Below are positions 9,128 through 18,471 of a stretch of DNA of 64,000 bases, piece by piece. The position numbers and the translations under genes were made by a program. The stretch is from a virus. Each line of letters opens with the position of its first letter. The stretch's first letter is position 1. The notes beneath the pieces were generated by a model that was not told the origin of the DNA, made no database searches, and worked only from the letters and a program-made list of their open reading frames with translations. The stretch lies in the UHGV virus genome UHGV-1351068. One strand, written 5' to 3'.

Positions 9128-10567
9128 CTAGAATTTCAACTCTTCTGCTAGAGCATCAAGCTTAGAACGTGATACTCGTTCTTGACGATTAGATTCGGCT
9201 ACACGGTTCTGTGCACCGGCACCTTCTCGGACGGTATTGCTTGGATTAGGCTTAGTTGGGTCGTTTTGCTGCTCAATTTCTACCCAACGCTGATTAGCCT
9301 TATGTACACCCATAGAGAACTTATTGTTGATGTTCTTATCACCGTAACGTGATTTAATCTGCTTAATTAATTGCTGCTTCATCTGAGCAAGTTCAGGGGT
9401 TTCAATCACAGCCAGCATAAAGTCTGCCGTAGCAGGTAGACCCGCAGATTCTGCAATATCACTCATGTCCATATCAGAAGCATCCCACGCTGAACGACCT
9501 ACCTGAGCTGCGGTCCAAAGAACAGTTTCAGATTCTACAGCCAATGCACGAAGTTCTTCTGCAATAGCTTTAACTAACGTGTAACTGTTTTCAGTATATT
9601 GACGAATACGGCAAGAAGCACAAATACCAAGATAGTCAATGATGATAACAGTCGGTTTAAAGTTCTTCTTGAGTTTCAACTCATTCAGAAGAGCTCGGAA
9701 TGTATTAGCGTTAGCGCCACCAGTCGGATACTGTTTAATGATTAAACGACCAAGAGTACTAGAACTACGCCATTTTTCCATCTTGCCTTTATATTCAGCG
9801 TATGATACACATCCATCGTCAATATCATCAAGTGATACATCAAGCAAGTTAGCATCAATACGTTTAGCGCAAACTTCTTCGGCCATTTCCATGGAAATAT
9901 AAAGGACGTTATGCCCCATCTGAAGATAGTCTGCAGCCAATGAACATAATCCTAATGATTTACCAACGTTGACGCCAGCCATCAATACGTTCAGTGTACC
10001 AGTCTCGGCACCACCTTTAGTAATTTTGTTCAGAATGCTAAGTTTAAACGGAACTTTACGAGCTTTATTCTGGTATGATAACCAACGAGCTTCATAATCT
10101 TCCATCCAATCATGGCCAATATAGCTATCAAACGATACTGATAACGCTTCACGCATGATATCAGGAATAGCCCCAATATCAGGAAGACGCTTATCGCGTT
10201 TATTTGGCTCAAGCTGGGCATTAGTCTGAATTTCAATAATTCGAGACGTTGCGTTGTACATAGCCTTTTCTTGAACGTACTTCTCTGTTTCCTTAACTAA
10301 CCAATTCAAATCTTCAGGAGCATCAGATAACTTATCAATAAGTTTCTTTGCACCTTCATGTTCCGTTTCAGTTATAGACGAATTATCCAGTGCTACACAT
10401 AACGCAGTCTTTGAAGGAATTGCTGTGTATTCATTAACGTGTTTCTTAATTATGTTAAACACCGTCTGAGCAGGTCCTTGCTCGAAGTACTCTTTGTCCA
10501 TATATGGCCAAACCTTCGTAAAGAAAGCCTGGTTGTAAATCAGATTAGCTAAGATTGTTTCTACCAC
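9128..10567 (-). CDS. 41: replicative DNA helicase gp41 (DnaB family)
   Basis: 479 aa; Walker A GVNVGKS; T4 gp41 475 aa; order 41-61. Confidence 0.9.
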   Translation of the reverse strand: MVETILANLIYNQAFFTKVWPYMDKEYFEQGPAQTVFNIIKKHVNEYTAIPSKTALCVALDNSSITETEHEGAKKLIDKLSDAPEDLNWLVKETEKYVQEKAMYNATSRIIEIQTNAQLEPNKRDKRLPDIGAIPDIMREALSVSFDSYIGHDWMEDYEARWLSYQNKARKVPFKLSILNKITKGGAETGTLNVLMAGVNVGKSLGLCSLAADYLQMGHNVLYISMEMAEEVCAKRIDANLLDVSLDDIDDGCVSYAEYKGKMEKWRSSSTLGRLIIKQYPTGGANANTFRALLNELKLKKNFKPTVIIIDYLGICASCRIRQYTENSYTLVKAIAEELRALAVESETVLWTAAQVGRSAWDASDMDMSDIAESAGLPATADFMLAVIETPELAQMKQQLIKQIKSRYGDKNINNKFSMGVHKANQRWVEIEQQNDPTKPNPSNTVREGAGAQNRVAESNRQERVSRSKLDALAEELKF

Positions 10568-10576
10568 TTTAACCTC

Positions 10577-10927
10577 TTAAAAGATTTTCCATAATGATTT
10601 TTTCTTGGTCTTTAATGCACTCTGGATTTGTTGTTTAACACAAGCTTCCACATGAGGATAAAGTTCATCCTTATGAGCTTCAGATGGTGTACTGAACTCA
10701 ATAGTTACTTCCCCCGAAGGAGAAATATTTAATTTATGAACATAAACCAAGTGTGATTGACCATTTAATTTTATCACAATTTCTTGGATAACAGTCTTCA
10801 TAGCTTCTTGGATTATTTCATGGCTTTTCTTGAACACTCGTTCTTGACGCTCGAAGTCTCCCTCTTCCGAGGGAGATTCTTGTTCAAATTTCTCGAGTTC
10901 AGATTCTAAATCAAACTCAGTCTTCAT
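10577..10927 (-). CDS. gene-40-position protein (116 aa)
   Basis: between uvsX and 41 as T4 gene 40. Confidence 0.45.
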   Translation of the reverse strand: MKTEFDLESELEKFEQESPSEEGDFERQERVFKKSHEIIQEAMKTVIQEIVIKLNGQSHLVYVHKLNISPSGEVTIEFSTPSEAHKDELYPHVEACVKQQIQSALKTKKKSLWKIF

Positions 10928-12092
10928 TCATGAAGTTCTCTAATTCATCTTCAACTTCAGCAGCTGATACTGAACCACTCTCAGGAAGTTTAACACCATC
11001 AACCTTAGTTGAAACTTTTGAGTTAATCATTTCTGCTACCGCTTCATCAACCGCAGCGTTTGAATCAATAGCACCCAACTGATACCGGGCTTTGATAGCG
11101 TCACGGAATGGCTCATGCTTAAACAGAGGACCCCAAAATTCCGTACTGCTCGTATCTTTTGCCCGCCAGGATTTTTCTTCACGAATCATCTCACCGGTTT
11201 CAACATCCAGGAATTCTCGTGCATACCATCCATTTTTCGGTTTAACCACAAACCCGATATCTAGAGCCATATCAAGCAGACCACTATATGGATCGATACC
11301 ACCATCGAATTTAACATCGATGAAGAACTTACTTTTCTCTTTGACAGTACGCGATTTCTCAGCGTTCAGGACAAACTGATATCCCTCAAGCTCAGAACCA
11401 TCTTTAATTTGACGTTTACCGATGATGAACACAGTATCCGCAGAATACATAGGACCTGTACCACCAGTCATTACCGTCTTACTGAACATCTCGATAGTCT
11501 CGATTGTGTGGTTAACCGCGACACAAGGAATGTTCTTAATAGAGAAGTAAGGAGTTACGATACGGAAGAGCGACTTCAGACTTTTCGCACGAGTCATATC
11601 TGCAACAGATTTCTCGTTCAAAGCATCTTCGGTTTCCTTTTTAGACGCCATGTTACCAATAGAGTCGATAAACACGATGACTTTTTCACCACGCTCAATA
11701 GCTTCAAGCTGGTTAACCATATCGATTTTTAATTGTTCAACCGACTGAACCGGTGTATGAATTACACGGTCAGGGTCAACACCCATAGATTTCAGATAAG
11801 CTGGAGTGATACCAAATTCTGAATCATAGAACAAGCAGACCGCATCAGGATACTTATTAAGATAAGCACTAACCATTGTCAGAGACATGTTAGATTTGAA
11901 GTGTTTAGATGGACCTGCGAAGATAGTCAACCCGGACTGCATACCACCATCCAACGCTCCACTGATTGCGATATTAAGCATCGGAATTTTGGTTCTAACT
12001 ACATCTTTCTCGTTAAAGAATTTTGATTTAGTCAGTTCTGCTGTCATTTTAGAAGTGGATGCTTTAATCAGGCGAGATTTTAAGTCAGACAT
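10917..12092 (-). CDS. uvsX: UvsX recombinase (RecA family)
   Basis: 391 aa, identical length to T4 UvsX; Walker A GPSKHFKS. Confidence 0.9.
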   Translation of the reverse strand: MSDLKSRLIKASTSKMTAELTKSKFFNEKDVVRTKIPMLNIAISGALDGGMQSGLTIFAGPSKHFKSNMSLTMVSAYLNKYPDAVCLFYDSEFGITPAYLKSMGVDPDRVIHTPVQSVEQLKIDMVNQLEAIERGEKVIVFIDSIGNMASKKETEDALNEKSVADMTRAKSLKSLFRIVTPYFSIKNIPCVAVNHTIETIEMFSKTVMTGGTGPMYSADTVFIIGKRQIKDGSELEGYQFVLNAEKSRTVKEKSKFFIDVKFDGGIDPYSGLLDMALDIGFVVKPKNGWYAREFLDVETGEMIREEKSWRAKDTSSTEFWGPLFKHEPFRDAIKARYQLGAIDSNAAVDEAVAEMINSKVSTKVDGVKLPESGSVSAAEVEDELENFMNED

Positions 12093-12174
12093 TCATTATA
12101 TTCCATAAGTCTCCATTATATTTTTCTCACAGGTTAAAGGATAGAGTAATTATATTACTTTGTTCTTGAAGCTA

Positions 12175-12426
12175 TTAACAGAAGTTCCATTTCTTCTTGG
12201 TGTTATAAACCACTGTTTCCATATCTATTTCGTAGTGTATTTTACATCCAACACACATGCCGTGCCACCAACAATGCATTCCATCTGAGCTAGTAGTTCC
12301 TTCGTGAACAAACTCGTCAGATTTACACACGAAGCATCTGAATTCTTCAGCTTTGAAAATGTTACCAGCTACGTCAGATTTATCATAGATGTTCATAAGA
12401 GGTCCTTGGAGGGCTTTCGCCCTCAA
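12175..12426 (-). CDS. small zinc-ribbon protein (83 aa)
   Basis: CxxC...CxxC pairs (CFVCKSD; CVGCK); start overlaps downstream GT gene. Confidence 0.45.
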   Translation of the reverse strand: MRAKALQGPLMNIYDKSDVAGNIFKAEEFRCFVCKSDEFVHEGTTSSDGMHCWWHGMCVGCKIHYEIDMETVVYNTKKKWNFC

Positions 12427-13265
12427 AGATATGGTTCTACCTTACCAAACTCATGGAAGGCCTGAGATTTCACTCGAGTGTTAATACACATACGAATTGA
12501 TTTCAGAGGTTCGTTATCACCGAATAAACCACGTCTTTCACCGTCTTTAGATTTCCAACGGGCTTGATTTGGGAAAGCAGCATGCAGCTGTTCAAGGGCT
12601 CTATTCTGGCGAGCAGTATCACGCTGTGTAGAACAACCACCAGGTGACTGCACCTTACCAGATTTAACGAGGTACTTAAACAGAGCCAGATGAGGATGAC
12701 CCATGTTAATTAATTTTAGAAAAGCATAAGCATCTTCGTTAAGGTCAATAATTCCGTAGCCAATGTCTTCTGCGGTAAGTTTAGTCAAATCATAGAAAGT
12801 ATTGGTGAACCCAAAGCTATTCTCACGATAATGACCCCAGCTTGATGTGATTTTGAAAATCGGTAAGCGAGCATGACCGTGATAATAACCACAATCCATG
12901 GCAGTCTCGACGTATTTGACCATATCATCAAATACCTCTTGACTCATTGCCTCGCCGACACCAAGTGGAACCCGGCGATCGTCGCGTTCACGAATTTCAG
13001 TCAGATGAATGGTCGTATCATCATCAAGCATCCAAATTCGTTGCCCTGCATACATTTCAGTAATCAGACGGCGAGTTCCCGCAATTCCATCGACATCATC
13101 GGGGACAGTAACGATTTTAGCAGCATGACCGTGCCAAGTTTCGTATGCTTCTTTTTCTGATTCACGTACTACAAGATGTGGAACATAACCTTCAGGAAAC
13201 ATAGTCAGGGCAGTAACTGCCCCGGCGCGCTTATAACTTGGAATTACAAACTGAATCATTTCCAT
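12423..13265 (-). CDS. glycosyltransferase, GT-A-like (DxD), in the T4 beta-gt slot; candidate hmC-sugar transferase
   Basis: 280 aa; N-terminal IPSYKR (GT2-like) and WMLDDDTT DxD motif; not T4 beta-gt (351 aa GT-B); lies between uvsX and gene 42. Confidence 0.55.
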   Translation of the reverse strand: MEMIQFVIPSYKRAGAVTALTMFPEGYVPHLVVRESEKEAYETWHGHAAKIVTVPDDVDGIAGTRRLITEMYAGQRIWMLDDDTTIHLTEIRERDDRRVPLGVGEAMSQEVFDDMVKYVETAMDCGYYHGHARLPIFKITSSWGHYRENSFGFTNTFYDLTKLTAEDIGYGIIDLNEDAYAFLKLINMGHPHLALFKYLVKSGKVQSPGGCSTQRDTARQNRALEQLHAAFPNQARWKSKDGERRGLFGDNEPLKSIRMCINTRVKSQAFHEFGKVEPYL

Positions 13266-13990
13266 TCACCTTTATAGTCTTTCTTTGCGATGTGAGTTTC
13301 ACCCGTGTGAGCATAATTATCTACGAGATAGAAATGTCGAGAATATACGTGCAAAGACCCGACGTTCCAAATAATGTCACCAACTGAATAATTTTTACCT
13401 GATGCATTCAGAAGTTTGGTTAACTGTTCCAAAACATAGAGCTGCCATGCATAGTCATTACGATATCCAAAGACGACATCATTCGAACGCATGTTTACCA
13501 CAGCATGCACACGATTATCACGAATCAGATACTGAACATTGTTAGTACACATGAAATCACTCATGCCATCGCGCTCAAAATCATACTGCATTTGAGGTCG
13601 TGTATAAATCATAATTCCGCGGCGAGAATCAGGATTATTGATAAGTTCTTTCGCACAGTTAGCAAACTGTGAATAGTTTTGTGTTGACCAAACTGCCCAG
13701 CCATAGTTAGAATTAATCTCGCCGTGTTTGGATGCAATTGCTTTCCAAATAGCTGGGGTTTCACCCGGAATATCTTTAACGAATAAACTTTGAGATTTAT
13801 ACCACTCAAGTTCACGAGCAATGTATCCATCATTAACTGCGCCAAAAATTAGGTTTTCATCTGCAATAAATGATGCACCTACGATTTCAATAGTCTTCAC
13901 ACCCGTCTTATCAATCACAAATTCTTTGTTGAGCAAAGCATCAGCGAATTCTTGACGGATATCTTGTACTGTCATTGGAGTTACAATCAT
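13256..13990 (-). CDS. 42: dCMP hydroxymethylase gp42
   Basis: 244 aa thymidylate-synthase-like; T4 gp42 246 aa; position before imm/43. Confidence 0.85.
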   Translation of the reverse strand: MIVTPMTVQDIRQEFADALLNKEFVIDKTGVKTIEIVGASFIADENLIFGAVNDGYIARELEWYKSQSLFVKDIPGETPAIWKAIASKHGEINSNYGWAVWSTQNYSQFANCAKELINNPDSRRGIMIYTRPQMQYDFERDGMSDFMCTNNVQYLIRDNRVHAVVNMRSNDVVFGYRNDYAWQLYVLEQLTKLLNASGKNYSVGDIIWNVGSLHVYSRHFYLVDNYAHTGETHIAKKDYKGEWK

Positions 13991-13998
13991 GAGACCTC

Positions 13999-14205
13999 TT
14001 ATTTAACTTGCTGGATAATAATTGTATTCTGCTGTGCGTTAGAAGCAGACCAAATCAGCGCAATTAACCAACCGATAATGGACCAACCGAATACTAGATT
14101 TGTGATAAAGATTCCACCCCGTGATTTATGCTTACGACTGCAAGCTACAAAGGTCGGCAAAAAATAGATGAAGAAAAGAATGATTAAACCAAATACTGCT
14201 TCCAT
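13999..14205 (-). CDS. imm: superinfection immunity protein Imm
   Basis: 68 aa two-TM protein FIYFLPTFVA...RGGIFITNLVFGWSIIGWLIALIWS, typical Imm family. Confidence 0.75.
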   Translation of the reverse strand: MEAVFGLIILFFIYFLPTFVACSRKHKSRGGIFITNLVFGWSIIGWLIALIWSASNAQQNTIIIQQVK

Positions 14206-14215
14206 GTTAATCTCC

Positions 14216-14659
14216 TCAGTTAGACATGCATTTGTTGTAGATGTGATTTTGGAGAGATTTTAACTGCTCCATACGTTGTTTATGCTCATTATAACTCAAT
14301 CCGCCGTTAGCAAAATCAGTTAAACGAATCTGGTCATTCACTGCTGCCGCTTGAGCAGTGCACGTACGTTCTTTTTGAGTTTTACGCAGACGCTTAATTT
14401 CTTCCAGTTCATGCTTATTCTGCTCAATCATGTCAAGTTCCATCGCAGACAGCTGACGATTAGGATTAGCTTTTTCTTTCGCCAACCGACGCTCAACCGC
14501 GAGCGATTCAGCAGAGACCTGGTTGCTAGCACGATAGTATCCTACAGTACCGCCAATTGCTCGCACCTGTCCAACAGAAGAAGCCGGGACGATATCACCT
14601 TGTGGCATTTGACAACCAGTCAGCGTGAGAGCAACAATAACAGCAAGTAACGATTTCAT
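14216..14659 (-). CDS. lipoprotein (147 aa), imm.1-position
   Basis: signal peptide plus lipobox LTGC; coiled-coil C-terminus; early promoter upstream (14690-14721). Confidence 0.6.
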   Translation of the reverse strand: MKSLLAVIVALTLTGCQMPQGDIVPASSVGQVRAIGGTVGYYRASNQVSAESLAVERRLAKEKANPNRQLSAMELDMIEQNKHELEEIKRLRKTQKERTCTAQAAAVNDQIRLTDFANGGLSYNEHKQRMEQLKSLQNHIYNKCMSN

Positions 14660-14689
14660 TGTAATCTCCTCAGTATGTTATTTCGAGAG

Positions 14690-14721
14690 CTATAGTACCA
14701 CATCCTTGTGGTAAAGTAAAC
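14690..14721 (-). promoter_or_regulatory. early promoter (family), lipoprotein/imm
   Basis: AAAAAAGTTGTTTAC -N18- TACTATAG. Confidence 0.55.
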
Positions 14722-14728
14722 AACTTTT

Positions 14729-17437
14729 TTAAAAATCGAACATGTCAAGAAGAGACGATTTCTCTTCATAGTCTAACCCTGCCGCTTCAGACATACCCGT
14801 CAGAGGTTTAACGAACGATTTTTGGAACAGAACACTGTGGTCAAGCCACACTAGAACTTCCTGTCGGATTTCTTGTGGCAGCTCAGTGCCCGATGGCCAT
14901 GCCATGCATTTCTCACCGTACGGGTTACCTTCACGCAGCGGGATGACCATCACTTTCTCACCTTCCATGATTGGTGTTATACCTTCAAATCCTGCGGTTG
15001 CTCGGTTATATGCCAAAGCACCTTTAACGTGATATGGTGTACCTTTATCTGGATATCCTGCACCGTCATCATACTTACCGATGTTGTTTGCAGTCTTAAC
15101 TTCGGCGATTACTTTATAATCAAGTTCACGATATTCAGACTCAAACTGCTTATAATATTGCTGTAAAGATTCTTCACCTTCCTGCAGCATACGCCGAATA
15201 GATTCTTCCAATGCATTCTGAACAGCAGTTGGCGTAGAACTTTGCTGAGTTTCCATACCCATGATTTTCAGATGAGGTTCTGCATATCGAGTACCTTCCA
15301 TATCATACACGTTCAGAGCATATCGTTTCTTCGCTTTCCAGAATCCGCCAATGCCGTTTGACCCCAACGGAGGACAAGAAATAGCTTCACGGTCCATGAA
15401 CATTAAATGTTCTTTGTTGTTCATGTATTCACACATCTCACGATATGATTGGTCAATCCATGGTTCCATTTTCTTCTTGCCGAATTGGTTCAGGAATTCG
15501 ACCAAATCGTTAGTTTCTTTGAAACGCTCAAGACCTACCTTCTCGATAACCTTATCAACACAAACGTAAATTGAGTCAGTATCACCAGCTACTACAAACG
15601 AATGTCCTTCGGTGCCACATACCTTGTTGAGGTATTCATTAACTTTACGTTCAATCCATTGAATTGCCATTTGACCAAACAATGTGATTGCTGATGCGTT
15701 GCGCAAATCATAATAACGGAAGTAAATGTTACCCAATGCACCATAAAGTGAGTTGATCAGAATCTTACGGTTTAACTGGTTAGTGTTACCCAAGATTTCA
15801 GCGTGTTTACATTCAAACATCAGTTTGTCAAGACACTCTTCGGTATATGTCAGCAGTTCTGCTTTCATATCATCAGAGAAATCTTCATAGACATTAACTT
15901 CTGCGAATTTATCGATAGTTCCAAACTTCTTATCATTCAGAACCTTTTTAATCAGTTCTTGATTTCGTTTGGCACCCATCATTTTATTTTTCCACTCTTT
16001 ACGCTGATAAAATACCTTCGCGATTTCAACTGGAATGACACCATCTACATCTTTACGATACATCCAACCATTTGGTGAACATGAATATTCATCAGACGGA
16101 CGAGGAGCAGTCTTGTTAATGTACTCACCCAACGGATGAAGTTTAAACTGTCCAACGATGGTTTCTGGTGAAATATTAACTTGTCGAATGATTGACGGAT
16201 ACAGAGATGTCAAGTCAAACGACATGATATAACGGTATGCAGCAGGAACTGGTTCCTTAACATACGCACCAGGATATGACTGTTTAACATGAGAACGACT
16301 TTGCGGAATAACTTTGTCCTGTTCTTTCAGACTGTTAAAGATGATTGCGTCCCATGTTTTAATTGGACTCATTACACCTTGATACGGCATCTTCGCATAA
16401 TAAGACATCGAGATAGCCAGGTCAATAAATCCGCGAACAGCATCAATCGCTTGTACTGATTCAACGTCGATGATGTTATACGAAATATACCGTTGGTGAT
16501 TAGTTTCACGCAACTTATTGATCGGACCGTCATATGCTAATTTACCTTTCTTGGTTTCATAATAAGCAATGAAATCCAACTTATACGTCGGTTGGTTCGT
16601 GAAACTAAATTTCTTATACAAATCCATGTAATCAAGAATAGTCACACCCATGATAGAATAAATTTCTTTATCACCATACATGTTTGTGATAATCTTAGAT
16701 GAAACTTTGTTCAGAGGAGAGAACCGTTTCATCGTACGCTCACCAAGAATCTGTTTCACACGATTCATGATGTACGGAATATCAAATCCTTCAATGTTCC
16801 AGCCAGTAAAAATTGCTGGGCATTTCTGTTCCCAAAGATTGATGTACTCAAGCATCATTTCTTTTTCTGAATTGAACGGCATATATACTACGCGGTCAAG
16901 AATATGTTGTGGAACTTCATCACCGCCTTCGGAATCTAAACGAGCAGCGAGTTTCTTGTCCCACTCGGAAACAGAACCATAAAGAGAATGCAGTAAATCA
17001 AATACGTAGAACTTGTCATCAACCGAATCGTAATGAGTGATAGCATCAATTTCATATTCTGCTTTCATCGGGTCTGGGAATTGAGATGCAGTAACCTCAA
17101 TGTCACAGTTTGCGATTCGGATGAATTTTTTATTATAAACGATTTCTGAACCGTAAGTATCACTGATATACGCGAGTTTGAAATCATCCATACCCATTGC
17201 TTCCATTCCCATATCTTCCATACGACGCATCCAATCGCGGGCATCTTTCATAGTTGGGAATGTATTTTTCTTGCAATACTTGCCGTAGATATCTTTGTAC
17301 TTTGTTTCTTCCATGCAATGACTAAACATCACAGGAGAATACGGAACACGACGCATGCGTTCCTCACCAGTAGAATCGATATAACGTTCTACGATGTCAT
17401 TGCCTAGAGATTCAACGCTAATATAAAATTCTTTCAT
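14729..17437 (-). CDS. 43: DNA polymerase gp43 (family B)
   Basis: 902 aa; N-terminus MKEFYIS..RYID.. resembles T4 gp43 as I recall it (about 85% over the N-terminal stretch); exo and pol motifs (YGDTDS). Confidence 0.97.
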   Translation of the reverse strand: MKEFYISVESLGNDIVERYIDSTGEERMRRVPYSPVMFSHCMEETKYKDIYGKYCKKNTFPTMKDARDWMRRMEDMGMEAMGMDDFKLAYISDTYGSEIVYNKKFIRIANCDIEVTASQFPDPMKAEYEIDAITHYDSVDDKFYVFDLLHSLYGSVSEWDKKLAARLDSEGGDEVPQHILDRVVYMPFNSEKEMMLEYINLWEQKCPAIFTGWNIEGFDIPYIMNRVKQILGERTMKRFSPLNKVSSKIITNMYGDKEIYSIMGVTILDYMDLYKKFSFTNQPTYKLDFIAYYETKKGKLAYDGPINKLRETNHQRYISYNIIDVESVQAIDAVRGFIDLAISMSYYAKMPYQGVMSPIKTWDAIIFNSLKEQDKVIPQSRSHVKQSYPGAYVKEPVPAAYRYIMSFDLTSLYPSIIRQVNISPETIVGQFKLHPLGEYINKTAPRPSDEYSCSPNGWMYRKDVDGVIPVEIAKVFYQRKEWKNKMMGAKRNQELIKKVLNDKKFGTIDKFAEVNVYEDFSDDMKAELLTYTEECLDKLMFECKHAEILGNTNQLNRKILINSLYGALGNIYFRYYDLRNASAITLFGQMAIQWIERKVNEYLNKVCGTEGHSFVVAGDTDSIYVCVDKVIEKVGLERFKETNDLVEFLNQFGKKKMEPWIDQSYREMCEYMNNKEHLMFMDREAISCPPLGSNGIGGFWKAKKRYALNVYDMEGTRYAEPHLKIMGMETQQSSTPTAVQNALEESIRRMLQEGEESLQQYYKQFESEYRELDYKVIAEVKTANNIGKYDDGAGYPDKGTPYHVKGALAYNRATAGFEGITPIMEGEKVMVIPLREGNPYGEKCMAWPSGTELPQEIRQEVLVWLDHSVLFQKSFVKPLTGMSEAAGLDYEEKSSLLDMFDF

Positions 17438-17511
17438 GGGTTTCCTTTGTTTATAGACCGAGTTATTAGTCTTTAGGTGGGATAATTATACTCCAATTTT
17501 TTATAAAGTAA

Positions 17512-17529
17512 AAGGGCCGAAGCCCTTTT
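17512..17529 (-). terminator. UUCG hairpin upstream of gene 43/after regA
   Basis: AAAGGGC-TTCG-GCCCTTT. Confidence 0.55.
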
Positions 17530-17530
17530 C

Positions 17531-17893
17531 TTACGCGCCGATTGTGTACTTAGATTTTAAGGTCCATTCATGTTTCTGCTTGAACGTAATGACCCGGAAG
17601 TTATTCTGCATCTGAGCAAGAGTTTGACCACGATTAATACTCAGTAGACCCCAGTCAGCAAGTAGTTGTGCGATTGAGTCTCGACGAATTTCATCTTCCA
17701 AATCAATAGTAACAGGGCGGCCATCAAGCTTCAACATTTCTTTAAAATGAACAATATAGTAACGACCTTGTTTCTGAAGAATGTGGCAGCTTTGATATAG
17801 TACCTTATCTTTGTTATTAGCAATTCCCATACGGGTCAGAGTTTCTTTAACTTTCAGGAAGTCTTCAGGCTGTTTCAGTGTAATTTCAATCAT
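17531..17893 (-). CDS. regA: translational repressor RegA
   Basis: MIEITLK.PEDFLKVKETLTRMGIANNKDKVLYQSCHILQK closely matches T4 RegA; start taken at internal Met (MIEITLK) of the 123-aa ORF. Confidence 0.9.
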   Translation of the reverse strand: MIEITLKQPEDFLKVKETLTRMGIANNKDKVLYQSCHILQKQGRYYIVHFKEMLKLDGRPVTIDLEDEIRRDSIAQLLADWGLLSINRGQTLAQMQNNFRVITFKQKHEWTLKSKYTIGA

Positions 17894-17895
17894 CT

Positions 17896-18471
17896 TTACC
17901 ATTCCAATGCTGTTTTCTTAAGATTTTTCTGTTCTTTCACGTTTTTCGTGATTGTCTTGACCAATTCATCAGTCACAAGACCTTTCATTTTCTTGAGAGC
18001 AGGTTTAAGCTTGTTTTTAGCTTCCAGGGTCTCTCTATACATCCTAGCGTCAATCGCATTGACCTTGTAATATGTCATTATAACTTGAAGAATCAATGCA
18101 TCCTGGATGTTTTCTGTTAACTTAGCCCATTTACCATACCGACGACCTCTAGGAACAGAGGCCATCATATAGTTATAGTGTGCTTGGTCAGATAACCCTT
18201 GACCAACAAGGTTCATAACATAAACCGAAGGCATACAGTCAGGGTGTTGAGAAAGAGCGTTTTCAACCATGAATTTTGAATAATCCATCGTCGAGATATT
18301 CAAATGCTCTTGCTTTTCGTTAATAGACCCAATAATTGTGAAGAATTGATTTTCTGCTTTTTCTTTATATGAATCAGATAATTCCTGGACTTTCGTCCAG
18401 TCTTTACCTAACCACGCTATTTGGTGCTCGTTATACTGATCATCATCTTCAAATAAACTCATCATTTCCAC
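17896..18471 (-). CDS. 62: clamp loader small subunit gp62
   Basis: 191 aa, T4 gp62 187 aa, between regA and 44. Confidence 0.85.
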   Translation of the reverse strand: MEMMSLFEDDDQYNEHQIAWLGKDWTKVQELSDSYKEKAENQFFTIIGSINEKQEHLNISTMDYSKFMVENALSQHPDCMPSVYVMNLVGQGLSDQAHYNYMMASVPRGRRYGKWAKLTENIQDALILQVIMTYYKVNAIDARMYRETLEAKNKLKPALKKMKGLVTDELVKTITKNVKEQKNLKKTALEW

